Below, piece by piece: positions 47,609 to 56,969 of a stretch of DNA of 64,000 nt. Source of the DNA: Anaerolineae bacterium (GTDB taxonomy: Bacteria; Chloroflexota; Anaerolineae; Anaerolineales; E44-bin32); assembly GCA_011192015.1 (NCBI GenBank), contig DUET01000087.1, positions 10,341-74,340 of the forward strand. Reading direction: 5' to 3'. Made by a program: the position numbers and the translations under genes. Every line of letters starts with the position of its first letter. Within the stretch, counting starts at the first letter, position 1. The notes under the pieces were generated by a model. It was not told the origin of the DNA. It was given only the letters and a program-made list of their open reading frames with translations, and made no database searches.

Positions 47609-48505
47609 GTGTCCTCCGCTCTGGATGCGCGCTGGTGGGAAGGCGGAGACAAGGTCAAAATCGGCCCCACCTTCACCCCGCGAAAGATTGAAGGACAGCT
47701 GGATCGAGTCTCCCGCCGTCAAACCGGCCGCCGCACGCGTTCGCGCACAACGCGCAAGCGTGGCCGCTACATTATGTCCCGCCCCGCCAGCGGAAAGACC
47801 ACCGACATCGCCTTTGATGCCACAGTACGAGCCGCAGCTCCCTATCAGAAACGCCGCAAGCAGCAGCGGCGGAAGACCGCCTTGGCCATCGAACCCTCCG
47901 ATCTGCAGCAGAAAGTACGCATGCGTAAATCGGCCAACTTGATCCTCTTCGTGGTAGATGCATCGTGGTCGATGGCGGTTGCAGAGCGCATGTCGGCCAC
48001 GAAAGGCGCCATTCTCTCGCTGCTCACGGATGCCTATCAACGCCGGGATCGCGTCGGCCTGGTGGTCTTTCAAAAGGATCGCGCTCTTGCCGTGCTGCCT
48101 CCCACGAACTCCATACAGCTCGCTCGTCGATCCCTGGCCGACATCCCTGTCGGCGGCAAGACACCCCTATCAGCCGGGTTGATGCTCGCCCATGAGATCA
48201 TCCAGCAGGATAAACTCACCCATCCCGACACCTTGCCGTTGATCATCCTGCTGACGGATGGCGCCGGGAACGTCTCCATGGGCAATCTGCCGCCGCAGGA
48301 GGAGGCACATCAGGTGGCTGATAAGTTGCGCCAATCAGAAACCCGTTCTGTGGTCATCAACATGGAGCATGCGGCCTTCGATCAGGGCTTGGCGGATGGG
48401 CTGGCCGAACGCCTGGGAGGCCCATGCTATACCTTGCATGAATTGAAGGCCGAGCATCTCTACAAGACCGTGCGCAGCGAGTTGGAGGCGGGTCAGACTC
48501 CATAA
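47609..48505 (+). CDS. VWA-domain protein resembling the C-terminal half of ChlD/BchD
   Basis: GTG 47609 has a poor SD. RGRYIMSRPASGKTTDIAFDATVRAAAPYQ (ChlD mid-region-like) is followed by a VWA MIDAS motif, LFVVDASWSM (DxSxS), then LLTDGAGN. The frame is open upstream back to 47516. Confidence 0.75.
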   Translation: MSSALDARWWEGGDKVKIGPTFTPRKIEGQLDRVSRRQTGRRTRSRTTRKRGRYIMSRPASGKTTDIAFDATVRAAAPYQKRRKQQRRKTALAIEPSDLQQKVRMRKSANLILFVVDASWSMAVAERMSATKGAILSLLTDAYQRRDRVGLVVFQKDRALAVLPPTNSIQLARRSLADIPVGGKTPLSAGLMLAHEIIQQDKLTHPDTLPLIILLTDGAGNVSMGNLPPQEEAHQVADKLRQSETRSVVINMEHAAFDQGLADGLAERLGGPCYTLHELKAEHLYKTVRSELEAGQTP

Positions 48506-48586
48506 CGCCAGTTACGATTATTATGGAACTTCCATGCGGTATAGCGTGGGGATGATAGTGAAAAGATGGGGATGAAACTTGCCGAA

Positions 48587-49918
48587 TCAGTCCAGCCTGC
48601 CCAGCTTCCTGCTGATCCGCTCCAACCGATGTTCGATCTCTGCCCAAACCTGATCACGCCGCCAGCCCGCTTCCCAATGAGTCAAGCTGACAAGGGCTGC
48701 CTTTGCCCAGTGTAAGGCTTGATCCAAATCATGCTCCTTCCACTCGAAGTACTTCGCCAATTCGATGCAGGGTTTTGGATTCTCCGGCTCCAAAGCATGC
48801 CAAGCCTGCCAAATCTCGAGGGCTTCCTCGTAGCGCTCGTGATGTTTCAAGAAACTTGCGTGGTAGCGCAGGATGTCCAAACGCAGGGCTTGGGAGCCCT
48901 CCTCTCTCGCCTTCTTATATGCCTGGTCTGCATGCCGGGTTCTACCGGACTGCTGATGCCAACGGGCGACCGCCAGCGCTTCCGAACCCACTAAGGTCTC
49001 CAGACGATCAGGGCTGTGTCTCGCCAGAATTTGGGTCGCTAGTGTGACAAGTGAGAGTACGTCGATGGTATTGTGGTAGGCCACGCGCTGCATGGCCTTC
49101 CCATCACCCGTGCGCAGGAATTCCATGTACAGCATGGGGATCTGATCGCCGGGGACATCCTCCCCCGTGCGTCGGACTCCGCAAATTTCCCGTTCGAGCG
49201 TTCCCAGCGTGCAATCCGGCAACAAGTGCCGCCATAGCCTTCGGGCGGGAAAAAGCAGATCGAATTGGGGTTCGTTGCCGAGGAACCACTGCCGTTGAAG
49301 CCCTACAACATACCTCATCTCCAACAGCGGGACATCGAAAGCCCGGCCGTTGAAAGTCACAAACCCTCCCGCAGCCTCCAAATCCTCCTGCAGCGCATGC
49401 AACATCGCCGGCTCTTCCGCCGGATCACGCATGAAGTACTGTCGCAAGCGGAATCCCCCTTCGACAAAAGCTCCCACCCCCACCAGGAAGACAAGCGTCC
49501 CTGCACCGCCAGCCAATCCGGTAGTCTCGGTATCCAGGAAAACGAAATCCTTGAGCGGGATATCTCGCAGATTTGATTGGGCTGCGATATCTGCTGCAAG
49601 CTGCCCCTCACAACGAAGTAGATCCCCCATGGCACTTACACCATGCTTGTGTTCCATCGAATAGAACTGTTCCATTCGATAGGTTTCACCCAACGGCGTT
49701 TGGATCCCGTCCCCGGGCGGCAGACCTGCAGGGGCTGAAGACTCGACCGTTCGTTTCTCTGCAGGTTGTCTGCGCTTCCCCAAACGGTTTAAGCGACGTC
49801 TTAATTCCGATTGTTCTTGACTGTGCACGGAATCGCTTCCCTGATGGTGGTTTCGAATCTGTCGTTTTCCCTGTGTTTTCGTTCGGTCCTGGAACACGTT
49901 CGACCCTGCGTCAAGCAC
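48587..49918 (-). CDS. RNase H-like (YprB/DEDD-type exonuclease fold) domain protein with C-terminal TPR-like helical repeats
   Basis: FLDTETTGLAGGAGTLVFLVGVG...FVTFNGRAFDVPLL...YHNTIDVLS is the RNase_H_2/YprB pattern. The C-terminal helical region is WHQQSGRTRHADQAYKKA...YEEALEIWQAWHALEP. The start is uncertain. Confidence 0.65.
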   Translation of the reverse strand: MLDAGSNVFQDRTKTQGKRQIRNHHQGSDSVHSQEQSELRRRLNRLGKRRQPAEKRTVESSAPAGLPPGDGIQTPLGETYRMEQFYSMEHKHGVSAMGDLLRCEGQLAADIAAQSNLRDIPLKDFVFLDTETTGLAGGAGTLVFLVGVGAFVEGGFRLRQYFMRDPAEEPAMLHALQEDLEAAGGFVTFNGRAFDVPLLEMRYVVGLQRQWFLGNEPQFDLLFPARRLWRHLLPDCTLGTLEREICGVRRTGEDVPGDQIPMLYMEFLRTGDGKAMQRVAYHNTIDVLSLVTLATQILARHSPDRLETLVGSEALAVARWHQQSGRTRHADQAYKKAREEGSQALRLDILRYHASFLKHHERYEEALEIWQAWHALEPENPKPCIELAKYFEWKEHDLDQALHWAKAALVSLTHWEAGWRRDQVWAEIEHRLERISRKLGRLD

Positions 49919-50155
49919 GATTTCAACGCCGTAAAGCCGTAGAAGAGACCAGAACAGAGGTTCCGCATGGTCGCTAGATGAAAGTCACCCGGCGCCGATG
50001 ATCTTCGACATTATACAGCGCTGACTCACAGAAGTACGATAACAAACGGAGACATGAGACGGGGCACCCCTACGCTCATCGCTGTCTCCTCCTTTGGCGA
50101 AGGCTCCCGCCGGGTTTCCCCCCTCACCGCCCCGGCGGGGGCATCTGTTAACGAG

Positions 50156-50188
50156 AAGGAGCGCACGGATGATCGCTGTGCGCTCCTT
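50156..50188. terminator. Perfect 11-bp hairpin just downstream of the sensor kinase gene
   Basis: AAGGAGCGCAC (50156-50166) / GTGCGCTCCTT (50178-50188), 24 nt past the minus-strand stop at 50212. A second GC hairpin is CCCGCCGGG (50106-50114) / CCCGGCGGG (50131-50139). No clear T-run on the minus strand. Confidence 0.4.
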
Positions 50189-50211
50189 TGGATTTCACTC
50201 CACACTCGCAC

Positions 50212-52134
50212 TCACACTGGGAGTGTAGTTGGCAAAACCACAATGAAGGTCGATCCACTCCCTAATTTCGATTCCACCCATATGCGTCCGTTGTGGTTAT
50301 CCACGATGGATTTGACAATCGATAGTCCCAAACCTGTACCAGGTTCAGCCTCTGGAATATTGCTGCCGCGATAGAACTTGTCGAACAGCATCGCCTGTTC
50401 ACTGGGAACGATGCCGATGCCGCTATCGCTGACGCGCAGGATGATCTGATCGCCCTCGGTATAGCACTCCATCCTGACCTTGCCCCCCATTTCCGTATAC
50501 TTGATGGCATTGTCGAGCAGATTTCCGATCATCTGTCTCAAGCGGAGCGGATCCGCCATCACCATGGGAAGATCCTCCTGAAGATCCTGCTCCAGGGTCA
50601 ACCCGCGAGATACTGCTTTCGATCTCACACTTTCCAAGGCATACTCGGCGAGAAGCCGTACCGATGTGGGCTCCTTGGATTCATCCAGCCCCGCCTCGAT
50701 GCGCTCCAGATCCAGGAGATTGGTGATAAGGTTGGTAATCTGATCCACACTGATATGAATACGGCGTACGAACTCCCTCTGCTGATCGTCCAAGGAACCG
50801 GCATGTTCGATTAACTCAACATACCCCAGAATCGCAGCCAGCGGGGATCGTAAATCATGCGAGACCGTGGTAACGAATTCGGACTTAATGCGATCGATCT
50901 TCTTGAGATGGCTGATATCGTGCATTACGATCGCCTGACCGATGCTATCGATCGGTGTGCGTTGAATGTTATAGATCTTCCCATCCTGCAACTCGATCTC
51001 TTCCCAACGCGGCAGATCGTCCCGCAAGCGCAGTAAATCCAGCAGTTGTTGATCCTCAGTAATCTCCATGATCGTGTTTCCCATCGCATCCTCATCAATC
51101 CCGAGGGCTTGGGATGCAGCGGGATTCACCCAGAGCAAGCGCAGGGTTTCATCCACAACGACAATCCCGTTCTGGGCTTGCGTGAGGATGGCTTCCCATC
51201 TGCTGCGCTGCGCTTCGGAGTTTTCGTAGAGGTTTGCTGTCTCGATGGCGAGAGTTGCGAGCTCGGCCATGCTGAGCAATACCTGAACATGCTCCTGATG
51301 GAATCCATGCCCTGGTTGTCGGTTATCCACACCGAGCACTCCAATGATCCTATCCCGTGCCTTGAGAGGTGCATAGATCAACGCGTGTACGAGATAACCT
51401 TTCGTGATCTTCATCGGGGATGGCTCATCAACAACAACCACTTCCCCGCTCTTGATCACCTGTCCCGCCAGAGAATCCGTTGATGCGAGATGAAAGGCTC
51501 GAGCGAAGTCCTGATCGAAATTCACGGATGCCCGCAGAAACAGCGCTCCGCTTTGATCGTCGTACAGCAGCAGGCATCCTTCCTCGGCTTTTGTCAACTG
51601 CACAGCAGCATCCACGACCTTCGTGAGCATCTCGTCCAAGATCCAATCGGAAGGGATCCCCCGACCGGTTGGGGTCAAGATTCCCAACTCTTTTACCTTG
51701 CTCTGCGCGGTATGGGCATTGACGCGTGCATGGACAAGAGCCTCCAACCTTGCTCGCCGACGACTTCCCTCCTCAAGCGCAAGCTCCACAGCTGCGAGTA
51801 ATTCATCCGCATCGAAGGGCTTGATCAGATAATTCACTGCGCCGGCTCTTAATGCCGCTGCCGCCAATTCCTCTGAGCCTTCGCCGGTGATCAGAATGAT
51901 CGGCAGCAAGGGCATCTCATCTTTGAGCTTTAGGATCAACTCCACACCAGTCAGCTTTGGCATCTGATGATCTGTGATCATCAGATCGGGCATGTCCTCG
52001 CGCGCCATCTGCAGAGCAGCCTCGCCATCGGCCGCAATGCGCACGTGATAACCAAGAGGTGTGAGTACGTTTTCAGTCAGGAATTCGCAGATCTGCTCGT
52101 TATCATCTGCGATCAAGATTTCAACTCTCTTCAT
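50212..52134 (-). CDS. Hybrid sensor histidine kinase: REC-GAF-PAS-HisKA-HATPase
   Basis: N-terminal receiver (ILIADDN...DLMITDHQMPKLTG...LIKPF). The GAF and PAS regions precede the H-box FVTTVSHDLRSPLAAILGY, N-box LLDNAIKYT and G-box GTGLGLSIVKSIV. Confidence 0.85.
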   Translation of the reverse strand: MKRVEILIADDNEQICEFLTENVLTPLGYHVRIAADGEAALQMAREDMPDLMITDHQMPKLTGVELILKLKDEMPLLPIILITGEGSEELAAAALRAGAVNYLIKPFDADELLAAVELALEEGSRRRARLEALVHARVNAHTAQSKVKELGILTPTGRGIPSDWILDEMLTKVVDAAVQLTKAEEGCLLLYDDQSGALFLRASVNFDQDFARAFHLASTDSLAGQVIKSGEVVVVDEPSPMKITKGYLVHALIYAPLKARDRIIGVLGVDNRQPGHGFHQEHVQVLLSMAELATLAIETANLYENSEAQRSRWEAILTQAQNGIVVVDETLRLLWVNPAASQALGIDEDAMGNTIMEITEDQQLLDLLRLRDDLPRWEEIELQDGKIYNIQRTPIDSIGQAIVMHDISHLKKIDRIKSEFVTTVSHDLRSPLAAILGYVELIEHAGSLDDQQREFVRRIHISVDQITNLITNLLDLERIEAGLDESKEPTSVRLLAEYALESVRSKAVSRGLTLEQDLQEDLPMVMADPLRLRQMIGNLLDNAIKYTEMGGKVRMECYTEGDQIILRVSDSGIGIVPSEQAMLFDKFYRGSNIPEAEPGTGLGLSIVKSIVDNHNGRIWVESKLGSGSTFIVVLPTTLPV

Positions 52135-52215
52135 ACGGATCTACCCAGACAGACAAGATCAAAATAGACGGGATTTCCGCCTATCGAGAAACCTTCTTAC
52201 TCCTAAAGTTGTGAT

Positions 52216-53409
52216 TCACTCAGGCTTGTGCTCGATTGATTTCGCGAGTGGAGACGTTTCAATCTTCGCTTTGTTCGCATCCTTTTTCAGATCACCCAAC
52301 TTTGCTACGATCCCTTGCAGCTCCACCTGAATCTGCGAATCCTGAATCTCGCCACTTAATCTCACAAGTTGCTGATGCAATTCATCCAGGCGTTTGCCAT
52401 GATCCTCAAACCAGGATGCCTGAAGTTGCCCCCCCATTCGGCGCTCCTCAAGCACGCTCTCCAGTCTCTGAGCCCGCGCCGCAAGCGCTTGAAATAGTCG
52501 CGCGTTGACCAAGGATATGGATATGTAATCAGCGATTGCCGCCAGCATGATGTCTTCACGTTCCAAGAAGGGCGCGCCTGCTTCCCTGGCGACGCCGATC
52601 GTGCCGGCTGCCTCTCGATACAGTTTGATGGGTGTTACCAGCGCAGCACCAGCAAACTCACCAATTTGGAACGGGCTCAATCCCTCGCCATGCAAGTTCA
52701 GAGCTACACCGGATTTCATCACGATCGGACTGAGCCCATCGTTCCAGGGTTTGTGCATGAGATCTGCTACCGTTGTCGGCATCTTGTATTGCGTCCTCAA
52801 GACAAGCTCATTGCGTATATCATCCCGCAGAAGTATCCACCCCATATCGGCATCCGCAATCGATACACTTTCTTCCACAAGGTTCGAGAACAATTGCTGC
52901 TGGTTTGTCGTCGTTGTAACCACCTTGCCGATGCCGAACAGCGTGGTCAACTCTCGAATCCTCTTGTCATGTTGATGGCTGCTATGGGCGAGCCTGGCCG
53001 CTAAGTACTGCCGTTCCTTGCGCAACCGGTTCTCATCTAGCGCATGCTCTACCGCCGCTACGACCTCCGCTTCGCGAAACGGCTTGACAAGATAATCACG
53101 AGCGCCAAGTCTGAAAGCTTGGATGGCATCCGCCTCCATGCCTTTGTTGGCAGTAACGAGAACGGGAGATTCAATTCCTTGAGAACGCAGACTAACCAGC
53201 AGATCCTTGCCACTAAGTCCAGGCAGTGTAAGACTGGCAATGATCAAGTCAGGCACAAATTCGAGAGCCTGCTGGAGAGCCCCTTCTGCATTGCGCGCGC
53301 TTGCAACTGCATACCCGAGCGGTTTCAAAACCTGTCTCGTGATCAGATCGAGAATCTCCGCGTCCTCATCCACTACTAACACGCGCTCATGGAACTGTTG
53401 GGTGGTCAT
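52216..53409 (-). CDS. REC-GAF protein with Asp-less (Ser-substituted) receiver domain
   Basis: ORF 52216-53520; preferred ATG 53409 (MTTQQFHERVLVVDEDAEI). The receiver retains DED, T (VLVTA) and K (YLVKPF). The phospho-acceptor position reads PDLIIASLTLPGLSG, compared with the consensus PDLxLLDxxMPGxxG. A GAF-like domain follows. Confidence 0.75.
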   Translation of the reverse strand: MTTQQFHERVLVVDEDAEILDLITRQVLKPLGYAVASARNAEGALQQALEFVPDLIIASLTLPGLSGKDLLVSLRSQGIESPVLVTANKGMEADAIQAFRLGARDYLVKPFREAEVVAAVEHALDENRLRKERQYLAARLAHSSHQHDKRIRELTTLFGIGKVVTTTTNQQQLFSNLVEESVSIADADMGWILLRDDIRNELVLRTQYKMPTTVADLMHKPWNDGLSPIVMKSGVALNLHGEGLSPFQIGEFAGAALVTPIKLYREAAGTIGVAREAGAPFLEREDIMLAAIADYISISLVNARLFQALAARAQRLESVLEERRMGGQLQASWFEDHGKRLDELHQQLVRLSGEIQDSQIQVELQGIVAKLGDLKKDANKAKIETSPLAKSIEHKPE

Positions 53410-53565
53410 GAAGCTATCATAGCATGGAAGCCAAGTGATGTGGGACACCCGGGACAAACATATCGCCGCGATTTTCTCGTGAATTGGTAAAATTCCATTC
53501 CTGACTTGACGCGATTTCATCGGGCGTCTTACAATGCATTATAGAAAAGGAACGGCTTCCAAGGA

Positions 53566-54489
53566 ATGGACTACAAGGACTATTACAAGATACTCGGTAT
53601 CGATAAAGCCGCCACCGCCGATGAAATCATACGCGCCTATCGCAAACTTGCCCTGAAATACCACCCCGACAAGAATCCCGGCGACAAGAGCTCAGAGGAA
53701 CGATTCAAAGAGATCAACGAGGCCTATGAGGTTCTCAGCAATCCTTCCAAGCGAGAACGCTACGATCAAGTGGCTGATTCCTATCAACGCTGGCAGCGAA
53801 CAGGTGGAGCGCCGGGAAGTTTCGATTGGTCTCGATGGACAACCGGCTCACCGGGAGGCATGCGCGTTGAGTTCTCCGACATCGGAGAGTTGTTCGGCGG
53901 AGGCTTTTCCGACTTCTTCAACGCCATTTTCTCGGAAATGGGCGTCTCGCGAGCCAGATCCGGTCAAACGCAGCGCGCACAAAGCCGGGATATCGAGCAA
54001 GCTGTAACCATCAGCCTTGCTGAAGCTTACAAGGGCACGACGCGATTGCTTCAACGGGATGGACGCTCCTTGGAAATAAAGATTCCTCCAGGCGCAAAGA
54101 CCGGTACCAAGATCCGGATCGCAGGGCAGGGTGTTCAAGCAGGCGGCGCGACGGGGGATTTATACCTGGTGATCCGTGTCGATTCGGACCAGGCTTTTGA
54201 GCGCAAGAACAACGACCTTTACACGGATGTAACTCTGGATCTCTTCACAGCCGTGCTTGGCGGTGAAGTGCTCATTCCCACCCCTGGTGGACCGATCATC
54301 CTCACCATTCCTCCCGGGAGCCAACCCAATCAATCCATGCGCTTGAAGGGGCGCGGGATGCCTCATCTGCGCAACCCGAAGCGCCGCGGCGACCTGTATG
54401 TACGTCTCAAGGTTCGATTGCCGATTGAATTGAGTGATGAGGAGCGTGATTTATTCGAACGTCTGGCATCGCTTGATAAAGTTGATTGA
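53566..54489 (+). CDS. cbpA: DnaJ-class co-chaperone without Zn finger (CbpA-like)
   Basis: J domain [40 protein letters not shown]. There is a G/F-like region and no CxxCxGxG repeats. The C-terminal substrate-binding domains contain GDLYLVIRV and GDLYVRLKV. Confidence 0.8.
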   Translation: MDYKDYYKILGIDKAATADEIIRAYRKLALKYHPDKNPGDKSSEERFKEINEAYEVLSNPSKRERYDQVADSYQRWQRTGGAPGSFDWSRWTTGSPGGMRVEFSDIGELFGGGFSDFFNAIFSEMGVSRARSGQTQRAQSRDIEQAVTISLAEAYKGTTRLLQRDGRSLEIKIPPGAKTGTKIRIAGQGVQAGGATGDLYLVIRVDSDQAFERKNNDLYTDVTLDLFTAVLGGEVLIPTPGGPIILTIPPGSQPNQSMRLKGRGMPHLRNPKRRGDLYVRLKVRLPIELSDEERDLFERLASLDKVD

Positions 54490-54531
54490 TAACACAACAG
54501 GTTCTTTCATGACTGCGATAGAGGGTTTTAA

Positions 54532-55728
54532 ATGAGAAATCGATCCATCCTAATCAGCGTACTTCTACTTACGCTCCTGGGCACGGCTTGCTCTTTGAAT
54601 CAAGCCATTGCGGATGCACTTGTGTCACCGACAACGGAAATCGTTCAAGCCATCACACCTTCCTCCGTACAGGACACCATTCCACCCACAGAAACCCAAC
54701 CTCACCTGCTCGCTCCGGAGACACTTGCTGAACTCTATGAGAGGGTCAATCCCGGAGTGGTCAACATCATGACTTTCGCTTCCACCGGACCGACCGCCAA
54801 CGACCGCATCCTCATGGGACAAGGCTCCGGATTCGTGATCGACGATCAGGGGCACATCGTCACCAATCAACATGTTGTGCAGGATGCCGAGGAGATCGAA
54901 GTCGATTTCCCCTCCGGAATGAGGGCGTGGGCCACACTTGTGGGAACGGATCCTGATTCCGATCTGGCTGTGATCCGAGTGGATGTTCCACCGGAAACTC
55001 TCGTTCCCCTGCCTCTGGCGGATTCGGATCTTGTCCGGGTGGGGGAAACCGTTATCGCCATCGGCAATCCGTTTGGACTTTCAGGAACGTTGACCGTGGG
55101 GGTGGTCTCCGCGCTCGGACGCACGCTTGCCTCCGAAAGGGAAGCTCCAATTGGAGGCGTCTTCTCAGCTGCCGACCTGATCCAAACCGATGCCGCCATC
55201 AATCCAGGGAATTCGGGCGGCCCCTTGCTGAACATTCGAGGCGAGGTCATCGGCGTCAATCGCGCCATTCGCACTGAATCCTTCACCCTCAGCGGTGACG
55301 CGGCAAATTCCGGTGTTGGTTTCGCCATTCCCTCCAACATCGTGCGCCGCGTGGCTCCGGTTCTGATCTCCAACGGCAGTTACGACTATCCCTACCTGGG
55401 ACTGACCAGCCTCAGTGAACTCAACCTGGCAACCCTGGAGGTGTTGGGGCTTCCTCCGGACACGATCGGAGCCTATGTCACCTGCGTCACTCCCAACGGT
55501 CCTGCCGACCAGGGTGGTGTGCAGGGTTCGGGTTCTTGTGACTCACTCGACCTCCTGCAAGCCGGCGGTGACTTGATCATCGCCATCGATGGCAATCCGG
55601 TTCGTGAGTTCAACGATCTGCTCTCTTACTTGGTCAACTACACCGAAGTCGGGCAGGCCGTAACCATGACCGTTCTGCGTGAGGGAAGGGAAGTGAGCCT
55701 CGAGATCCTCCTGCAGGCACGACCATAG
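54532..55728 (+). CDS. htrA: HtrA/DegP-family serine protease with PDZ domain, secreted
   Basis: Signal/lipobox LLGTAC. Triad motifs TNQHVV, DLAVIRV, GNSGGPLL. C-terminal PDZ-like region (GAYVTCVTPNGPADQGGV...GDLIIAIDGNPV). Confidence 0.85.
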   Translation: MRNRSILISVLLLTLLGTACSLNQAIADALVSPTTEIVQAITPSSVQDTIPPTETQPHLLAPETLAELYERVNPGVVNIMTFASTGPTANDRILMGQGSGFVIDDQGHIVTNQHVVQDAEEIEVDFPSGMRAWATLVGTDPDSDLAVIRVDVPPETLVPLPLADSDLVRVGETVIAIGNPFGLSGTLTVGVVSALGRTLASEREAPIGGVFSAADLIQTDAAINPGNSGGPLLNIRGEVIGVNRAIRTESFTLSGDAANSGVGFAIPSNIVRRVAPVLISNGSYDYPYLGLTSLSELNLATLEVLGLPPDTIGAYVTCVTPNGPADQGGVQGSGSCDSLDLLQAGGDLIIAIDGNPVREFNDLLSYLVNYTEVGQAVTMTVLREGREVSLEILLQARP

Positions 55729-55777
55729 CAGCCCAGTTCATCGGTTGAGGATTCGATAATGACAGAAGGAGGCAAGC

Positions 55778-56884
55778 ATGCTCACCGAGCAGGATCTAAA
55801 AGGGCTAATTGCATACCGTCCAGGTAAACCAGTCCTGAGCGTCTATCTCAATGTCGATCCCTCCGCCGGTGCCGCCGACGACTACAAACTACGCCTCCGT
55901 CAACTGCTGAAGGAGCACGAGGACAGCATGCCGCGTGACTCCGATGCACTCGTTCGATTTGTCGAACACGAATACGATTGGTCCGGTCGCAGCTTGGCGC
56001 TTTTCTCCTGTGCTGCAGATGATTTCTTTCAAAGCTTCGCTCTGCGCATTCCAATCCGTGACCGCGCCCGCATTCACAACCGGCCCTACGTGAAACCGCT
56101 TGTCGATCTGTGGGACAACTATGGAAACTATGGCGTAGCCCTGGTGGATAAGCGCGGCGTGCGCATGTTTCACTTCCACTTGGGGGCGCTTCGCGAGGAA
56201 GAGGGCATTGTTGGAGAAGCGATCCGTCAAACCAAGCGCGGTGGAAGTCCCAAAGTTGCAGGCCGCCGTGGGGGCATCGGCAGCCAAACGCGCTATGCCG
56301 AGGAAGTCACACAGCGCAATCTCCGAGAAGCCGCGAATCTCGCCACGCGCTTCTTGAACAAGAACCGCGTCCGGCGTTTATTGGTTGGTGGAACCGAAAC
56401 CACTGTGGCTCAATTCGTGGACACATTACCAAAAACCTGGCGCAGCTTGCTTGTCGGAACCTTCCCCATGAGCTTCACCAGCGAACAATCTCAAATATAT
56501 GCTCGCGCCATGCAATCCGCCCAGAAAGCAGAACGGCAGCGCCAAGAACAACTGGTTTCGGCTGTGATCACCGCCGCCGCCAAGGGCCGTGAAGGCGTCG
56601 TGAGATTGGACGATACGTTGAGCGCCGTGCATGAAGGCCGCGTGCAAACACTTATTATCCATGAGGGATACCGCGCTGCCGGCTATCGCTGCCAGGGTTG
56701 CAATTTCCTGACAACTCAAGAATTGAAGCGCTGCCCCTTCTGTGATGATCGTTTCGAGACGATTGTGGACGCTGTCGAACATGCTGTACGCAGAGTGATC
56801 GAAGACAACGGAGAGGTTGAAGTCGTTCATGATAGCCCGGAACTCAAACGCGCCGGCAACATCGGAGGCCTGCTTCGTTACTGA
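55778..56884 (+). CDS. eRF1-fold (bacterial archaeo-eukaryotic release factor-like / Vms1-like) protein with C-terminal zinc ribbon
   Basis: The N-terminus LKGLIAYRPGKPVLSVYLNVDPS and the three-domain length (368 aa) resemble bacterial eRF1-like families as I recall them. The C-terminus has CQGCNFLTTQELKRCPFCDD (CxxC...CxxC). A GAAGGAGG SD precedes the ATG. Not HMM-verified. Confidence 0.5.
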   Translation: MLTEQDLKGLIAYRPGKPVLSVYLNVDPSAGAADDYKLRLRQLLKEHEDSMPRDSDALVRFVEHEYDWSGRSLALFSCAADDFFQSFALRIPIRDRARIHNRPYVKPLVDLWDNYGNYGVALVDKRGVRMFHFHLGALREEEGIVGEAIRQTKRGGSPKVAGRRGGIGSQTRYAEEVTQRNLREAANLATRFLNKNRVRRLLVGGTETTVAQFVDTLPKTWRSLLVGTFPMSFTSEQSQIYARAMQSAQKAERQRQEQLVSAVITAAAKGREGVVRLDDTLSAVHEGRVQTLIIHEGYRAAGYRCQGCNFLTTQELKRCPFCDDRFETIVDAVEHAVRRVIEDNGEVEVVHDSPELKRAGNIGGLLRY

Positions 56885-56924
56885 TCATCCATATCGGTCA
56901 CGTTATTGAGAGAAACAAAGAATA

Positions 56925-56950
56925 CAGCCCCCCGAGTTTTCGGGGGGCTG
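56925..56950. terminator. Bidirectional rho-independent terminator between convergent genes
   Basis: 11-bp perfect stem CAGCCCCCCGA / TCGGGGGGCTG with a GTTT loop. T-rich tracts follow on both strands (plus TGGCGTTCTTCTC; minus TATTCTTTGTTTCTCTC). Confidence 0.7.
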
Positions 56951-56969
56951 TGGCGTTCTTCTCGAACGA

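Noticed and set aside
47111-48073. 320-aa minus-strand ORF
   Set aside because: It is antisense to the ChlI-like and VWA genes. Its Ala/Arg/Gly/Ser-rich translation has no motifs.
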